A DNA stretch of 64,000 bases from Amoebidium appalachense (GCA_963693365.1 CAVNZM010000005.1:5897167-5961166); one strand, 5' to 3'; positions 31,654 through 63,520 are shown, numbered from the stretch's first letter. Notes: generated by a model from the letters alone, not told the origin. Made by a program: numbers and translations.

Positions 31654-32268
31654 GGGTGGGGAGGGAGGGAGGGAGGGAGAGAAATATAAGGAGAGAGGGG
31701 GGGGGGGCACAGGAATGTCGCGGGGTTGTGATGAGGGAAACGGTTTAGCACCCACACTTTCGAGGAACGTTTGAGCAAATGAAACTGCAACCATTATGTT
31801 TGGAATTACTTATTCTATTCTTAGCGCACAACATGTGCACTCATTCGATAATCATTTGGGATTTCTGACGCAAGCTACTATGGGGTCACCGTACAACTAA
31901 CTGCTCGATGTGAAAGCAAAAGGAAAAAATGCCTGAACATGAAAGACTATTAATGCTACTCAACTAATTAATATAGGTTCGAGAAGTGACTACGGTTGAT
32001 TAAACCCCATCATACATCAGTTATGAAAACTGTCCAAAAACCTTTTGAACCGACTATGAGCCAAGACACTGCCTAGACTGACTAAAAGGGCATCGCCCAC
32101 GTATTAACAGTTAATTCTATACAAGAAGCCCGAATATTAGGGATATTCCACCCAACACCGCTTAAAAAAAACCTAAACCCCCCGGAGCAACGTTAGCTGC
32201 CTAACCTCAAACCGCGTCCCAGAATGACCGCAAACACTACACACAAGCATTATTCATTCACTATACAA

Positions 32269-34400
32269 TCAAGCCTCGCTCAAGTACGCCTTCTTCTCAC
32301 CTCCCAGCGCGTTCGTGCCGGGCAGCTTATCCGCCGTTGTAACGTCGCCTTGTTCGGAACTTCCATTGTCGTCAAAATTTCCGTGGACCCCCCCATCTTC
32401 GCCGGCGGCCAAGGCGTCCAACTCCTCCGGAGCGACAGGGTCGGTAAGGCGACCCATGTGGATAAGGATAAACGTGCAGGGAACCTGAATCAAAGCGGGA
32501 ATGACAATGTGCGAGATGCTGATGAGCGTGGACAGGTTGTCATATTCGCACGGGCCCGTTGCCTTCATGTTGACGCCTAACGCCGCAATTAAAAACACGC
32601 CGACGCTCTTCGAGACGATGAGACCAAAGTTGCTGAAGCCAGCGAGAAGAGCGTACAGGGTAGACTCCATTCCCTTGGGGCACAACTTAGAGATCAGGAC
32701 CATGACGGGCATAAAGTGCAACATGTAGCACACGTTGTACACAATGTTGCAGCCAAGAATATGCGACGCTAATTCCGATGGAAATATTCCACCGTTTGAC
32801 GAGGATGATGTCGTACTCCGCGGCGATGCACTGAAGCAGCGTGCTGACCCAGAAACAGGGACGAACTCCCACTCACTCATGATGGCCTGGAAGAGAACAA
32901 CAACGAGGCAGCCCGTCACCGCTTGAATGCTCCCGCTGATGGTGATATAGTACTTGAGGTCGAATGCGGGGCCGTCGGGCACGCACTTGGGGCCGCTGGT
33001 GTAGAAAATGTCTACAACACCCTTAACGTCGATGTACGTCACGCCGGCGAGGAACATGTACAGGTTAGCCTTGGCCACCGTTTTAGGCAGCATGTAGAAG
33101 CTGCAAACGACGATAAGCAACGAGGTGGCCACCGCGTACACAAACACAACGATCTGCGCGAGGTACAGGGACTTGGCGGCAAGCGTCGGGCGCCAATACT
33201 TGTTGTTGACCAATTGGATGATGGTAAGGCCGGCGGCGCAGACACCCATAATATGATGGCCAATTTGAACACCTTGATGTGCTTCGTCCACTTCTCAGTC
33301 TGGAAACCGCGTTGATGGGGAGGAAAAGGCTTCTCGCCGAGATAGTTAAGTATCAGAGGAATGCAGATCTGGATGGCAAAGGGGAAAGAAACAAAGAACA
33401 TGCCCTTCAGGTACCAGTCGTTTTTGGTCTCGGAGTACTAGTATATGTCGCCCAACGGCCCCACGACACATGTGGCCGCCAGCCTTCGGAGGTAGAAGTT
33501 GGCCCAAACCCACGTAAGCACCTCGGAAGATGTCTCGGGATGGGCCACCATCATCGCGGCATATCTGCCCTCCAAGAGAAGATCGACCATGGCCACCTCC
33601 CACATGATCAGGAAGTACATCATGGCAACAACAGCACCTGCCTCCGCACCGAAATCGATGGCACCAATCAGAAGGATCGAAACGCCGCCGGCGAGGGCGG
33701 CCATGAAAATCCACCACTTCTTGAAGTAGCCGGCGATGGGGACCACGTCAGACAACATGCCCATCAGTGGTTTCAGGGTCATGGACATGAAAGCGACGCT
33801 ACCGAAACTTTGGTACGCTTGAGCGTCCACACCCATTTTCTTGACAAACATGGGCAGCTGGCTGGTTGCAACGAGCCCGTAGAGGTAGCCCTTGATGCAA
33901 AAGTAAACCGATATGAGCAGAATGAGGAATTTCCAGCCAAAGTTGTCCTGCACACGGCGCATATAGAAGATGGGGTTGTAGAAGAGCCGCTGGAAGAATG
34001 CGCTGCGTTTGGAAAATGGGAATAAGGTCAGAACAAATTTGGCAAAATGCTTTGGCGTCGTTTTGCGCTGAATCCAAAACACACATAAATTACTTTGGTG
34101 AGCACGCACATGTAATGGCACCTTGCACGGCACTTGTGGGTTTACTAATGGTGTTGTGCAACGTATCAAAGGCTTGGCCAGCTGTTAACCATGCTCGAAA
34201 CCTTAGAGTTGAATGCCACGGAGTTTTCAGGGAGCCTGAACATAAATCCGTGCACGCACCCTGTGCAAAAAAAAAAAAAAAAAAAAAAAAAAGCAACACA
34301 CAAACGCGTACGAGAAACTGACGTCGATATCATGGGAAAAGCACTACTAGCTAGGCTCGAGCTCGTGGTTGTTCAGTAGTAGAGCTTCTGAAACACAGAT
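32269..34400 (-). pseudogene. BT1 / folate-biopterin transporter (MFS) pseudogene
   Basis: Main exon 34002-32269 (acceptor ttttccaaacgcag); probable 5' exon ending at 34312. Motifs: KPLMGMLSDVVPIAGYFKKWW, DLLLEGRYA, DIILVKRWNISIGIS, FMPVMVLISKLCPKGMESTLYALLAGFSNFG. Lesions: in-frame TAG at 33440-33438 and frameshifts near 33254, 32865 and 32763. Confidence 0.88.
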
Positions 34401-36449
34401 GTGTGAAAGACTGCATGCAAAAAAGAGTAAATTTTGAAACAGAGTAAATTTGGAGGGCCACCTACATTATGGGGTTGGTGCCTGAAGCTGGCTGCCAGTA
34501 CCACTCGGGGTGGGCCTGCTTGTAAGCCTCAAAGTCATGGTTGGGTGCTGAGGGCGCCAACGTGCACCTTCACTGTTTGCACACGCCAAGGACGCAAAGC
34601 ACACTCTGTTGCCTCGTGTGCAGTGCATGGCCCTTTTAATGGTTTTCCGTATACGTAAGGGCTTTTTTTCGCCGAGGCTTTTGGTTTTTTGGAAAGTGAG
34701 CGCTGTCCACCCAGCTGTTGTGATCGGAGAAACCTATCCGCACGCTTTTTTGTTCTAGATCTGCAGCCTCACAACAGGTCATGCTCACTACATTTTCAGA
34801 CCCTGGAGCGTACGTGGTGCTATCGTAGCGCCACCGGTTTACCATACATATTTCTTATTGCGTGACATGCAAACGACAAAACAGAGTCATGATAGCTGTG
34901 TGATAAGGTGTGCTATAAAGGGCAGGAAAACCAAAGGATAAAACTGCTTGCTTAAAAAGAAGTACACCATTACATGTAGACAATGCCAGCGAGCTCGAGA
35001 CTTGAACGCGTGCGCATATATATGCATGCCTCGCGATCACGATCTCAGCGGCGATTCTTGCATTGTGTGTCCAGACCACGGCCATCTAGGTGTTTCTAGA
35101 TGACCGTGGTCCAGACCTAGGTGTCGCGCGTGACAAATGTACGTATGCTCATGCAGCCTTATTGTAATGGATATGAAGGCACAGTATATATACCTAGTAC
35201 CTGGCGGCTTATTCTGCTTTATCATAAAAAGCTGCTTTCAGAGATAGCATTGTGCACCTGCATCTACAGTACCGTATGTGTACACACTGGTCTGCTGGTG
35301 CAGGAATGCATCGGTGACATTCCAGTTCATACCCCGCGGTAGATGCTGGATAAAAGCGCCGTCCAATATCTTTTGCTGGTTCTGCAGCTAGTATATCAAA
35401 TGAAATATAATTTAGCTTAATTTTGAAGTCGCTTGAAGGAAAGTCGTGAGACACGGGGCCCGGGGCCCTGGGCCCGGGACAAAAATCCCGCCCGTCGTCT
35501 GAATTCGAATTCCATTCTCCTCGAGGACCCGAACCAATCACATTGGACGCTCGCACTTTGTTATTCACGGTATCAGTGACTGCTAACTTGGTTAAAGTCA
35601 CAGTTCTGGATTCTATTTTTGGCCGATTTCTGAAGTATTACTTCTCTATTACCTATTTAATACATTATAGGTCAATAATTTAAGGTTCATGTGATGATGC
35701 AATAATAACTTTGCTATTCCTCCCTTAGATATATCTAATGCTACACAGCTGAGTCACCTGACTGACTCACCTGTACCATGATCATTTCCGATTGGGCCTT
35801 AGGGCATCAGAAAAAGCATTCACCTTGGAGGGGGCAATTGATATTGTCATTCCACATTTTCACGCTTTCTCAAATATAGTTAAGTGGACTCGAAGCCAAG
35901 CAAAGAGACAGACATAATTTTTACATAATTTTCTATAAGGTATCTATTCTAAAAAGTTTCATCAATCGATTGCCTGCTATCATTTATACATATATTTGGC
36001 ACATAGTTATACCTAATATAGTCTAGAATCATTTGAGGAGCATGATTCCGAAAAATTCGGCGAAAATTATTGAAAATGCTTTTAGGAAAAAAGACCCCAA
36101 ATCTTCAAGGAAGCCAACGCATTGCCGGTTATCTCGATAGAACAGAGGGGAAGGTGAGCGTGAGGGTGTGTCGATACAGGATGTTGGAATGTGCATGAGA
36201 ATTTTGTTGTGTGAACCATTTCGGGATGTTCGGTTCCGATTGGCTGACTTTTGATTTGGTAGTTCTGATTGGCTACGTGTCATAGCTGTGTTTTAGGTAC
36301 AAGAGTTCCTCCCTCCAGCCACATAATCTCCACTAGTAACGGCACGCCCTGCCGGGCTTTGCCTTAATCATGAAGAAGCGGAGGTGGAGGGCTTGAGTGT
36401 GAGAGATTTGAGTGCCAGCATGTGAGAAGGAGGAGGTGCATGTGTGCAT

Positions 36450-36483
<34 letters not shown>

Positions 36484-36488
36484 GGGGG

Positions 36489-36660
<172 letters not shown>

Positions 36661-36841
36661 CCCTCCCCCCTTCTCTCTCTTCTACCCTTTCAGATACTAC
36701 AGTTAGGGCGGCTCTCTCAGGCTCTAGAAATCGCACCCTGCCGGACTGCAATATGCTAAAACATTGTTTTAAACGGTGGCCTGTGCCGGAAGCGCACAGA
36801 CTCAAACCGCAGCCTACCGCATCGATTGACTGCAATTAGTA

Positions 36842-37055
36842 CAGTGCTTCCGCGGTATCATGGCATCACACCCCCATATGTTCATCTCTTGATATCGTCA
36901 CTATTTTTGACGACCCGACCCGAATTCATTGCACTTTAAAATCCCCCTAAAATCCCCTTATATATAGTGTCCCCTAGACCTGTACAATCCTGTCACATCT
37001 TGGTATGTTCTATGTTTTAACAGTTTTAAGGTGTGACAATATCGCGGAGGCACTG
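36842..37055. mobile_element. Tc1/mariner(pogo)-type MITE, 214 bp
   Basis: TA|CAGTGCTTCCGCGGTAT...ATATCGCGGAGGCACTG|TA: CAGT-initiated inverted termini (15/17 identity) with TA duplication. Confidence 0.75.
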
Positions 37056-37280
37056 TACTATAGCACGCCCTACCGGACCGCTCGACACAGCAGACTTCCA
37101 GAAAATCCCGAATCTTCTGGCAAACACGAAACACGATCACCATGGGACCATATGAAGGCTTTTTAAGCAATAACGACGATCACCAATAGTTTTGCCCCGC
37201 TCCCACGTCCGCGGCATTACATGCTCGTTAGTTACCATATAAGGCTATTTAATCTCTGCCAATCGTTCTGCCCCGTTCAG

Positions 37281-37326
37281 GGGCGGACTCACGGACGGAC
37301 GGACGGACTCACGGACTCACGGACTC
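37281..37326. repeat. Short ACGG / ACGGACTC tandem repeat
   Basis: gcggactc acggacggacggacggactc acggactc acggactc. Confidence 0.8.
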
Positions 37327-38250
37327 AAACCGCGGCTTGCCGGACTCCAATACTGAGATGTCGAAGCTTCGCCGACTCCGCTTCTTCATGATTTTGGAGC
37401 CATCTGGGTCAGTTTGTGAGCTGAATAGGCGTGGTAATAGCGAAGACTGTACTAGGAAACGTGGATTGGGTTTTTAGGTGTGTCGTTTTGCTTTGGCGAC
37501 ACATAGCCCTTTGCCAGTTGTCTTAGACGGTTCCCTTTCTTAATTTGCCCACCCTGCCCACCCTACTGGCTAGGAGGGATATGTGGTTTTGTACAAGCAT
37601 AAGTCACATGGGTTCTATGTAAGCCCACATTTACACACACACTCGCCGGCACACCCACACACACATGGATACAACATACGCCCACGACACCATAATATTA
37701 TACAAACAGACACACACATTTTAGGTTGAATATTCGTTTGTTTTTGATGATAATAAACTTCCACACTTGTATTTTTGTGACCACCTGAGAGCGACCCGTT
37801 AACGCAGAGGCAGAGGGAAGTTCTTGCCTTGTGCAATCATGTGACTCGACAAAAGAAGAGTTTGGAGGCTCCGTGTCGAAAAGGGATTCGAAGGAAGTAA
37901 CCTACATTTACGGATGTGCATATGTCTTTAAGTGCATGTGTAGTGTGGTTGTGTGCTCTTGTGTATGTTTGTAAACATTTAACTTATCGACACATACACT
38001 TTGGATACACCAACTTGTTTGTGTACACAAGGGTACCGTAAGATACATACATTACACGGGTCGGTTGGGCCGACGTTTCGAATTTTCGAAGAGCACTGGT
38101 ACCGGTCTGCACCCCGCCGCGGCCAGCCGGGCTCAGCTTTGAAAAAGCATAAAAGGCCGCGAAACCTTATTCGGAAACACACAGTCTTTCGGTAGCAGCA
38201 TAGTTTCGAAACCTTTTTTGTTTTTACTTCAAGTAGTGTTTGTAAAGAAA

Positions 38251-41763
<3,513 letters not shown>

Positions 41764-41776
41764 GGTGTGTGTGTGT

Positions 41777-41812
<36 letters not shown>

Positions 41813-42039
41813 GGGGGGGGGGGAGGGTTGTGGGTTATGTGTGTGTGTGTGTGTGTGTGCGTGTGTGTGGTTCTGTAAAAACCTTTATGGTATTTGTGAC
41901 GGCCTTTGTTTTTGTTTGCGCACAGTGATGTCATGAAAATGGAAGTAGGGTATAAAAAAACCGTGTACATAACATATGACGTCATCATCCTGGTAGAGCC
42001 ATGCGTTTGAATTAGCGCATTAATTACTTGTTGCTACTT

Positions 42040-42127
42040 TTTTAGTGCTGTTTTTCTTATGGTTAAAGATACTGGCAGATACTAACTTTTTTTAGTGTTT
42101 TTCTTATGGTTAAAGATTTGGCAGACT
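42040..42127. repeat. Two-copy ~50-bp tandem duplication
   Basis: TTTTTAGTG..TTTTTCTTATGGTTAAAGAT..TGGCAGA occurs twice. Confidence 0.8.
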
Positions 42128-42427
42128 CTCCGAGTTAAATCTATCGCCTACACCAATATCAAGTTATTGCACACAGTGGATACAGAGGACTTAAGTAGTT
42201 CAGTAACTTACGTGATAGACAACGTAACTAGTAGATGCGTTTTTGACAGGTCGCAGCAATTGATTTTAATTGCAACCAGTAGTAATCTAACGTTAATTCA
42301 AATAAAGAAAAATATAAACTCACACGAACTTCCATGTATCCATACCTCTTTATCTCGATTCTGTACCTACTGAGTGCCCCAACGGTGTTTGTATGAGCTC
42401 AGCAGCCATATGATTGAAACTATACTT

Positions 42428-42550
42428 ATCACATTAAAAATTGGCACATAAACTCTTACACTTCATTGGCCTATCACGTTAAAATTGGCAAAAGTTACGC
42501 TTCATTGGCCTATCACATTATAATTGGCATATAAACTCCCTCACTTCATG
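42428..42550. repeat. Three-copy ~40-45-bp minisatellite
   Basis: Unit approx. ATCACATTAAAAATTGGCACATAAACTCTTACACTTCATTGGCCT. Confidence 0.8.
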
Positions 42551-43373
42551 GTTCACTATACACTTCCCAAAGTGCTGACGTAACCCCGCTCCCCCCCTTG
42601 GGGACGTTTATTTGTCCATAGTCTATACCATGCTCAAACCGTGATCATCCCCCCCCCCCCCCACCACCACCACCACCACCACCCTCCACCCTCCACCCAT
42701 CCAAAGCCCAAATCCTCACCACCACCGCCACCAAAAAAGAAGAGACAGTCCACTTACGGGCTTTAGAACAGAAGAAAGCTATCGATTCGGGGTTTTTTTT
42801 CTTTTTTTTTTTTTTTTTTGGCTTTGTTTTTCCCCTTTCTTTCTTTCTTTTTTTTTTTTTTTTTTTTTTTGGGGGGGGGGGGGGGGGGTTCCCCGGGGAT
42901 CCGATCGGGGGTGTGGGGTGGGGGGTGGGGGGGGGGGGGCTGGGGTGGATTGGCTGAAGAAGCGAGAAGCTTGCATGAATGCTTGTTTGGGGGAGCGGTG
43001 TGTTTGTGTGTGTGTGTGGGGGGGGGGGGGGGGGGGGGGGAGGGGGAGGGGAGGGGGGGGGGGGAGGGGGGGAGGGGGGGGGGGGGGGGGGGGGGGAGGC
43101 ACGGGAGATGTATTTTACGGTTCTTCGTCCCCAGAGAGCCCCTTGCGCATGCCATGTTAAGCGGATGGAACCAATATTGTAAGCGGTAATGGAGTGAACT
43201 CTCACTCACGTTTCGATTAGCAATTTAAGTTGAACTCTTATAATAGCCAGCCGGGAGTGGTGATTCCCCACGTTCAATACACAAAATACCTCCCCCCCCC
43301 CCCCCCCCTCCCCCCCCCCCCCTTACCCCAAGAAAATTTTTTTTGATACGGCATGCCGATTTTGTGACCGAAT

Positions 43374-43456
<83 letters not shown>

Positions 43457-43863
43457 TGTGTGTGTGTGCACGTGTGTGCTTGTAGCTGCTTGTGTGCGAA
43501 GGTATGCGTGTGCGCATGTGCATGAGTGCGTGATTGCACGCGCACGCTCGTGTGTGTGTGAGTGTGTGTTTGTGTGCCACTGTTCGTGTTTTCTTTTGGT
43601 TTATGAAGTTTCAGAGTGCTTTATAGATCTACTCGTCAAGATTCGTCACCTCTCCCTGTACACCATGTTACCTACATAGTCAATACCCTAGAGCAGAATT
43701 GTTTTGTTGATGCCATTGAACGACAGCGGAATAGCAGAATTATGCTGCAAAAGCAACAAAAGTTATCCAGGTTGCCAAAAGCAGGGTTATTCTGCGACCA
43801 GCAGGAGTATTGCAGTATATATTCTGTCACTATAATAATTAAGTGTGAATAATACGTACGTGA

Positions 43864-43919
<56 letters not shown>

Positions 43920-44504
43920 CGCGCCCGTGCGTGCACGCGCATGCATGTCCTATGTGTGCCATGATAATCGACACTTTTCCACGCGTCTAACATGTGTTTG
44001 AGCAGGTATGGGACCTCTACGTGTGTGCGCAACGAAGCGCGCGCGACGAATAAGTCTACAATGTGCTCAGGTGCTGATGTTTATTCATTAGTTTATTTCT
44101 TTAAACTACAACAGTCGTGGAATTACTGGTGGCTTTGCCTAGTGATGTTACATTAAAGATGGGCGCAGCCCAATATGTTAATCGGAAGGGGACTTCACTC
44201 ATTCGAAGCAATAATTACTTATTCTACGGGATCAGAGTAGTAACTAGTAGATACCTTACTCCGTTCATTCATCTAAGCATGAATATTATATTTCTATAGT
44301 ATATAGTTATCTCTAGTTATTATCATCACGTTTGCACCGGGATCAGCCCGTGAAAACCTATTTTCCTATAGTATTACATGATTTTACGTTCACTTCCTAC
44401 TCAACAATTAACTAGTTTCGATTTGATCAATTAATAAGTCATACTTTGATGAAATACCGTTCTGTCGCGTAGCACTCTTCAAATACAAAAAACGGCCGGA
44501 GTGG

Positions 44505-44891
44505 TTAGAAGACCTCTTCACTTAGAGTCTCGCAGTTTTCATTGACGGAAGAAAACGGCCTGTCGCGACAAATCTTTGAACTCTTGGGCGTGCTGAGGTT
44601 TGATTTTGTAATGGGTTGGTAGTCAAACGTGTCACCAAAGCTCATTTTCAGAGACGGGGATTGGAGGTCTATAGCTGACACATTCCCTCCCTCAACAACG
44701 GAAATCTCCAGAGTGCCTTCGAGGTCAAGCGAACAGGAGGAGAGGGCAGCGAGAATTGTCATGTCCTGCTGGCTGAGGGACATGTATGCCTTCACATAGC
44801 GGTGGAGCCATTTCGTTTTCTTCTGGCGGCTGTCTGCGAGAAATTTAGCCGCCGTGTGCCTGCGAAAAAACTTCAGTTGGAAGGACGCCAT
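44505..44891 (-). CDS. Hypothetical intronless protein, 128 aa (MASFQLKFFRRH...SEEVF)
   Basis: Repeat-free ORF, more GC-rich than its flanks, ATG in an A-rich context (aaacaaagATGG). No recognised domain. Confidence 0.45.
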   Translation of the reverse strand: MASFQLKFFRRHTAAKFLADSRQKKTKWLHRYVKAYMSLSQQDMTILAALSSCSLDLEGTLEISVVEGGNVSAIDLQSPSLKMSFGDTFDYQPITKSNLSTPKSSKICRDRPFSSVNENCETLSEEVF

Positions 44892-46027
44892 CTTTGTTTT
44901 CTTCGCTTGTTGTGATGAACAGCTTATTGTTTTTTCGGTTTTGGTTTCTTGTTTGTGCAACGGGTTTGTTTGTTTATCATGTTCTTTTTCACAAAACAGT
45001 GCAGTCTGTCTGTGTGCACTTCGGTGTCCAAAGTGTGATGGAGTGATGGTCAATCAGAAGTGTGGCCATCCGGGTATTGCGTGGGTATATATAGTGCCGC
45101 ACATTCCAATCTAATAAAACAGCTCTCCTGGATCCATGATCAACTACCAATAGAATCTTATGCTCAAACATTCCACCCATGTGCACCCATTGTCAAATCA
45201 GGAAAAACCCCAACAGGAAAGAGCAATTGCTTATCACTTATCTATTTAGATAGATATAGTACAAAATTAACATGCACGTTGGTGGCTGTCCCAACCCTGC
45301 CAGTGACCGTTATATTTCGAAGCAATGTCGATCGATGCGCATCATCAAGTTATTGACGCATGATCTTGATATCCATCCAATCAAATCAGTTTAGCAGAGG
45401 CTATTAGTGAAATAGCGGCACATGCCTGAGTGATTTGTAGTAGGCCCTCTCTACACATATTTGCCTAGGGTGATTCCCATTATTATAACTCTAAGCGCCT
45501 GCGCCTCGTGACAAGACTCTTATCAGCGCGCACCAGGCTGCCAGGGAGTGAATCACATCAAGGTTGTCTATTAGGAATTACAGATCTTGAGTCGATTTTG
45601 CTTTTCAATCTGATCTGCGAAGCTTTATTGACAAGAATGTCACGTTGGGCAGCCGCAGAAACCGGTTTGGTGATTGGCTACACCATCACACTGGTATGAA
45701 ACCATATGCCTGGGCGTCAGGGCTCGAAACAATTGCTGAGGTGCGGCTGTTCGGCCAACCGTTGAACAATGTACATGCAAAGCAATATTACCCCGCTCTT
45801 CGAATTTAGCCAATTTCATTTGCTGGACTTAGATACAAAATAAAGGTAAATTCATAACGTCAGACTTCTTCATCCTTGAGAAACCTTTTTTGAAAACATG
45901 CCGTTTAATCAAATCTGTGCATGCAAACCGGGTTGCCGCGACACCGGCGACGCGGGCCTCGAAGACTTCAAGAGTCGAGGCTGAGCCTCCGAGGCTCCGG
46001 CCCTCCGAGTCCCCCCTAGCCCCCCCC

Positions 46028-46067
<40 letters not shown>

Positions 46068-47769
46068 GATCACCATCAATAAAGTCAAACTTTGTGCAAG
46101 CCTACGCCCCCCGGCCCCCCCCCCCCCCCCCCCCCGGGGCATCCCTTCATTGTCCTCTCTTCTTCCCCTCCCGCCCTCTCCCCCGGATCCCACTCCCTCT
46201 CCCTCTCCCTCTCCCGTGTCCGCCCGCCCTACAATAGGGCGTCGACGTCACGGTACGGGCTGACTGGGCCGGTGGCACCGGCCGCCGCTGGCACAGATCA
46301 TGGCATGCAGCTTGCAGCGGCGAGCTGAGCTCACACTTCGTCGTCCTCGTGCATTCGGGGTTTGGAACCCTGAAAGGAATGCGCTTGGGCATCTTGCTAC
46401 GTGCGCATTATTGCGCAGCGCACGTGAGTGTTTCCTGGTAGAATCCCAAGAAATACACTTTCTTATGATACTTTAACACAGTTATAATATGCACATTGTG
46501 CCTCACTGTGCCTCTAATAATTCATCCCAACCTTTTTTTCACGCGTTTATTGTGGTCTTGGCAACTTTAGTTTACGCCTATGCTTGGCTGAACTAGGTGT
46601 GCTTTGATTGGAGATGTGATGTGTACATGATGCGTATGACGTGAGCTCGAGTGACACACTGACTCACTGAAACGGATTTTGTATATTAGGGAAAGATATT
46701 CTTTATGTTGCGAAGGTGTTTTTTTTGTAATTGTAGTTTTTCGTTCTTAAAATAGGCGTGCAAAAGGTGCTCTAACTGCTCTTCCATGGCTATGGCTGTA
46801 TGGTGATGGCTATAATGGCAGTGCAGTGGCACCATGCAACGCATAGCCAATCACATACAATGTTTCGGGCGCAGGAATTCCAGTCTGGAATAGTGCCGGA
46901 ACTAAAATTGATTGGATGTTTTTTTAACCAAAGTCTGACTCTGGTTTCCTACTGTTTACATTCCAAGGATAAAATCTGTTTTCGAATGATGAACTGCACT
47001 CGGGAGTCGGGCCAACTTAACAGATCACTCACAGTCAGACTTCATCTCCATATCAGGCTGCGATGGGTTCCTAACTAAAAAGGCGTTACAAAAGGTGCCC
47101 ATAAGCCTCTACATACATCACGCCGTGTTAAATGATAACATGCTGTGTGCTGTCTAATATTAGCCGTTCGTCTACATGTACAAAACGACCGGGTCCGAAG
47201 CCGAAAAGCATGCAGGTCACGTCGATACCATCACGCTTGAATCATGCCACTGTACTGTTTATCGTGGGCGCATACCCAGCCACTACTACGTGCGTTTCAA
47301 CAAGTTGTCAACACAACTTCTGTAAGTTCGTCAGTAAACCCTCAGTAACTTACACCACCATGCCAGGATCAAGACGAGACTTGCAAAAGCTGAAGGTTGC
47401 CTGGCGTATCTGCCACAAGTGTACATGTATATACTATATAATATGCACGTGCGCACGGCCTTTCATTATTATCGTGCACCTGAATAACTACTGTGATGGG
47501 TGAAGATCAACAGTTGACATGGCTCCGCATAAGCCGGCCCTTTACCCTAGTGTAATTATATAGCTACATTTTTGATGAAAGGAGCGAAAAAATGTGGGAG
47601 GCATGTACTTGGAGATTCTGCGAGGCTCTGATGCCAGTGCACAACATGATGATGACGCACCGTGGCCGTGCATGGGCATAGCTTTATTTTTGGGCATCCA
47701 CACGACATATGTAGTAATGATAAATGTAATGATCTACATACTATGATGAACAAACCCGATTCTAGATCT

Positions 47770-49870
<2,101 letters not shown>

Positions 49871-50362
49871 TCCCTGAATGTCTCTCCATCTCTCTCCGGT
49901 CCCTCCTCCTCCCCCCCCCCCCCCCCCCCTCTCCGCCTCCCGGACTCCTATCACCGGGCACTGGGACGTTTGAGAAAAACCCACAACCTAATCCAATTTC
50001 AACGGTGACGATCAATACAAATCATCGGTGTCAGATCTGCGCCTGGCGTCGAGAAGTTGGGCATTTGAGGGGTGGGGAGGGGGGGGAGGAGGGGGGAGGG
50101 GGTTGGGGGGGGGGGGGGGGGAGGGGGGGGGGAGAATGCGGTGCTCACATAAACTACAATTAACAACTGCACTCAACCAAAACAAGGCAGTGTCCGCAGC
50201 AAGAAATAGTGAGTAAACCCCAAAACAAGGCACGGGCAATCTACATGAATGAGATATTCAGAGATATATATTGAAGAAATCGAGATACGTACACCTGCTA
50301 AAGCCAACACTCAAGTGTGCACTGTGGACTCTGAAAGTGGGACCGCCGGGTGGCGCCGGCGG

Positions 50363-50403
<41 letters not shown>

Positions 50404-50536
50404 TATAAACACAACAGGGTCTAATATAATTATATTGAATAACACGATCTATGCGAAAAAATTACACAAATCAACCTGATCAAGCCGTGAGTCGCAGTAC
50501 AGCTTTTCTTTATCGCGTCACTCTCCATACACAATT

Positions 50537-50614
<78 letters not shown>

Positions 50615-50980
50615 GGAGGGATGAGGGGGTTGAGGGGGTGTTGCCCCAAAGAAAAGGGAAAAAACAAACAAACAAAAAAAAACCGTGATCACCATCGCTG
50701 CACACCAACCAGTCTTACAACAGAAAGTGATAGCGTGTAGTGTGATTGGTATTTTCCCTTTTTAGGGTGTATTTTGATAATTTTTGCGGTGTAGAACATG
50801 TTTGTACAAGATCATCCCCGTATTGTATTCTACTACATAATCAAAATGCGTCACATAATCTAAACCTAATATGTGTACATGCACTATATGCATCTTAGCC
50901 TTTACCCCTGCTTAGCCGGTCCGGACATACACACACACAAACATAACCACACATCAACACAACAATGTCGACACGCGTAG

Positions 50981-51084
<104 letters not shown>

Positions 51085-51196
51085 CTAACATATGAGTTAC
51101 ACAGCATTGCCCCAACCAACTCAAAAGAGCATCGCAAATAAAAACCCTAATCCTTAGCAAAACATAATCTGCCTGTCATATATATATATAAGACTC

Positions 51197-63515
<12,319 letters not shown>

Positions 63516-63520
63516 CTGCA

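Noticed and set aside
33438-33440. In-frame TAG in BT1 (and in M20) as stop-codon recoding
   Set aside because: Both genes also carry frameshifts, the M20 frame ends in TAG, and GFM1 and MEIOB have no internal TAG.
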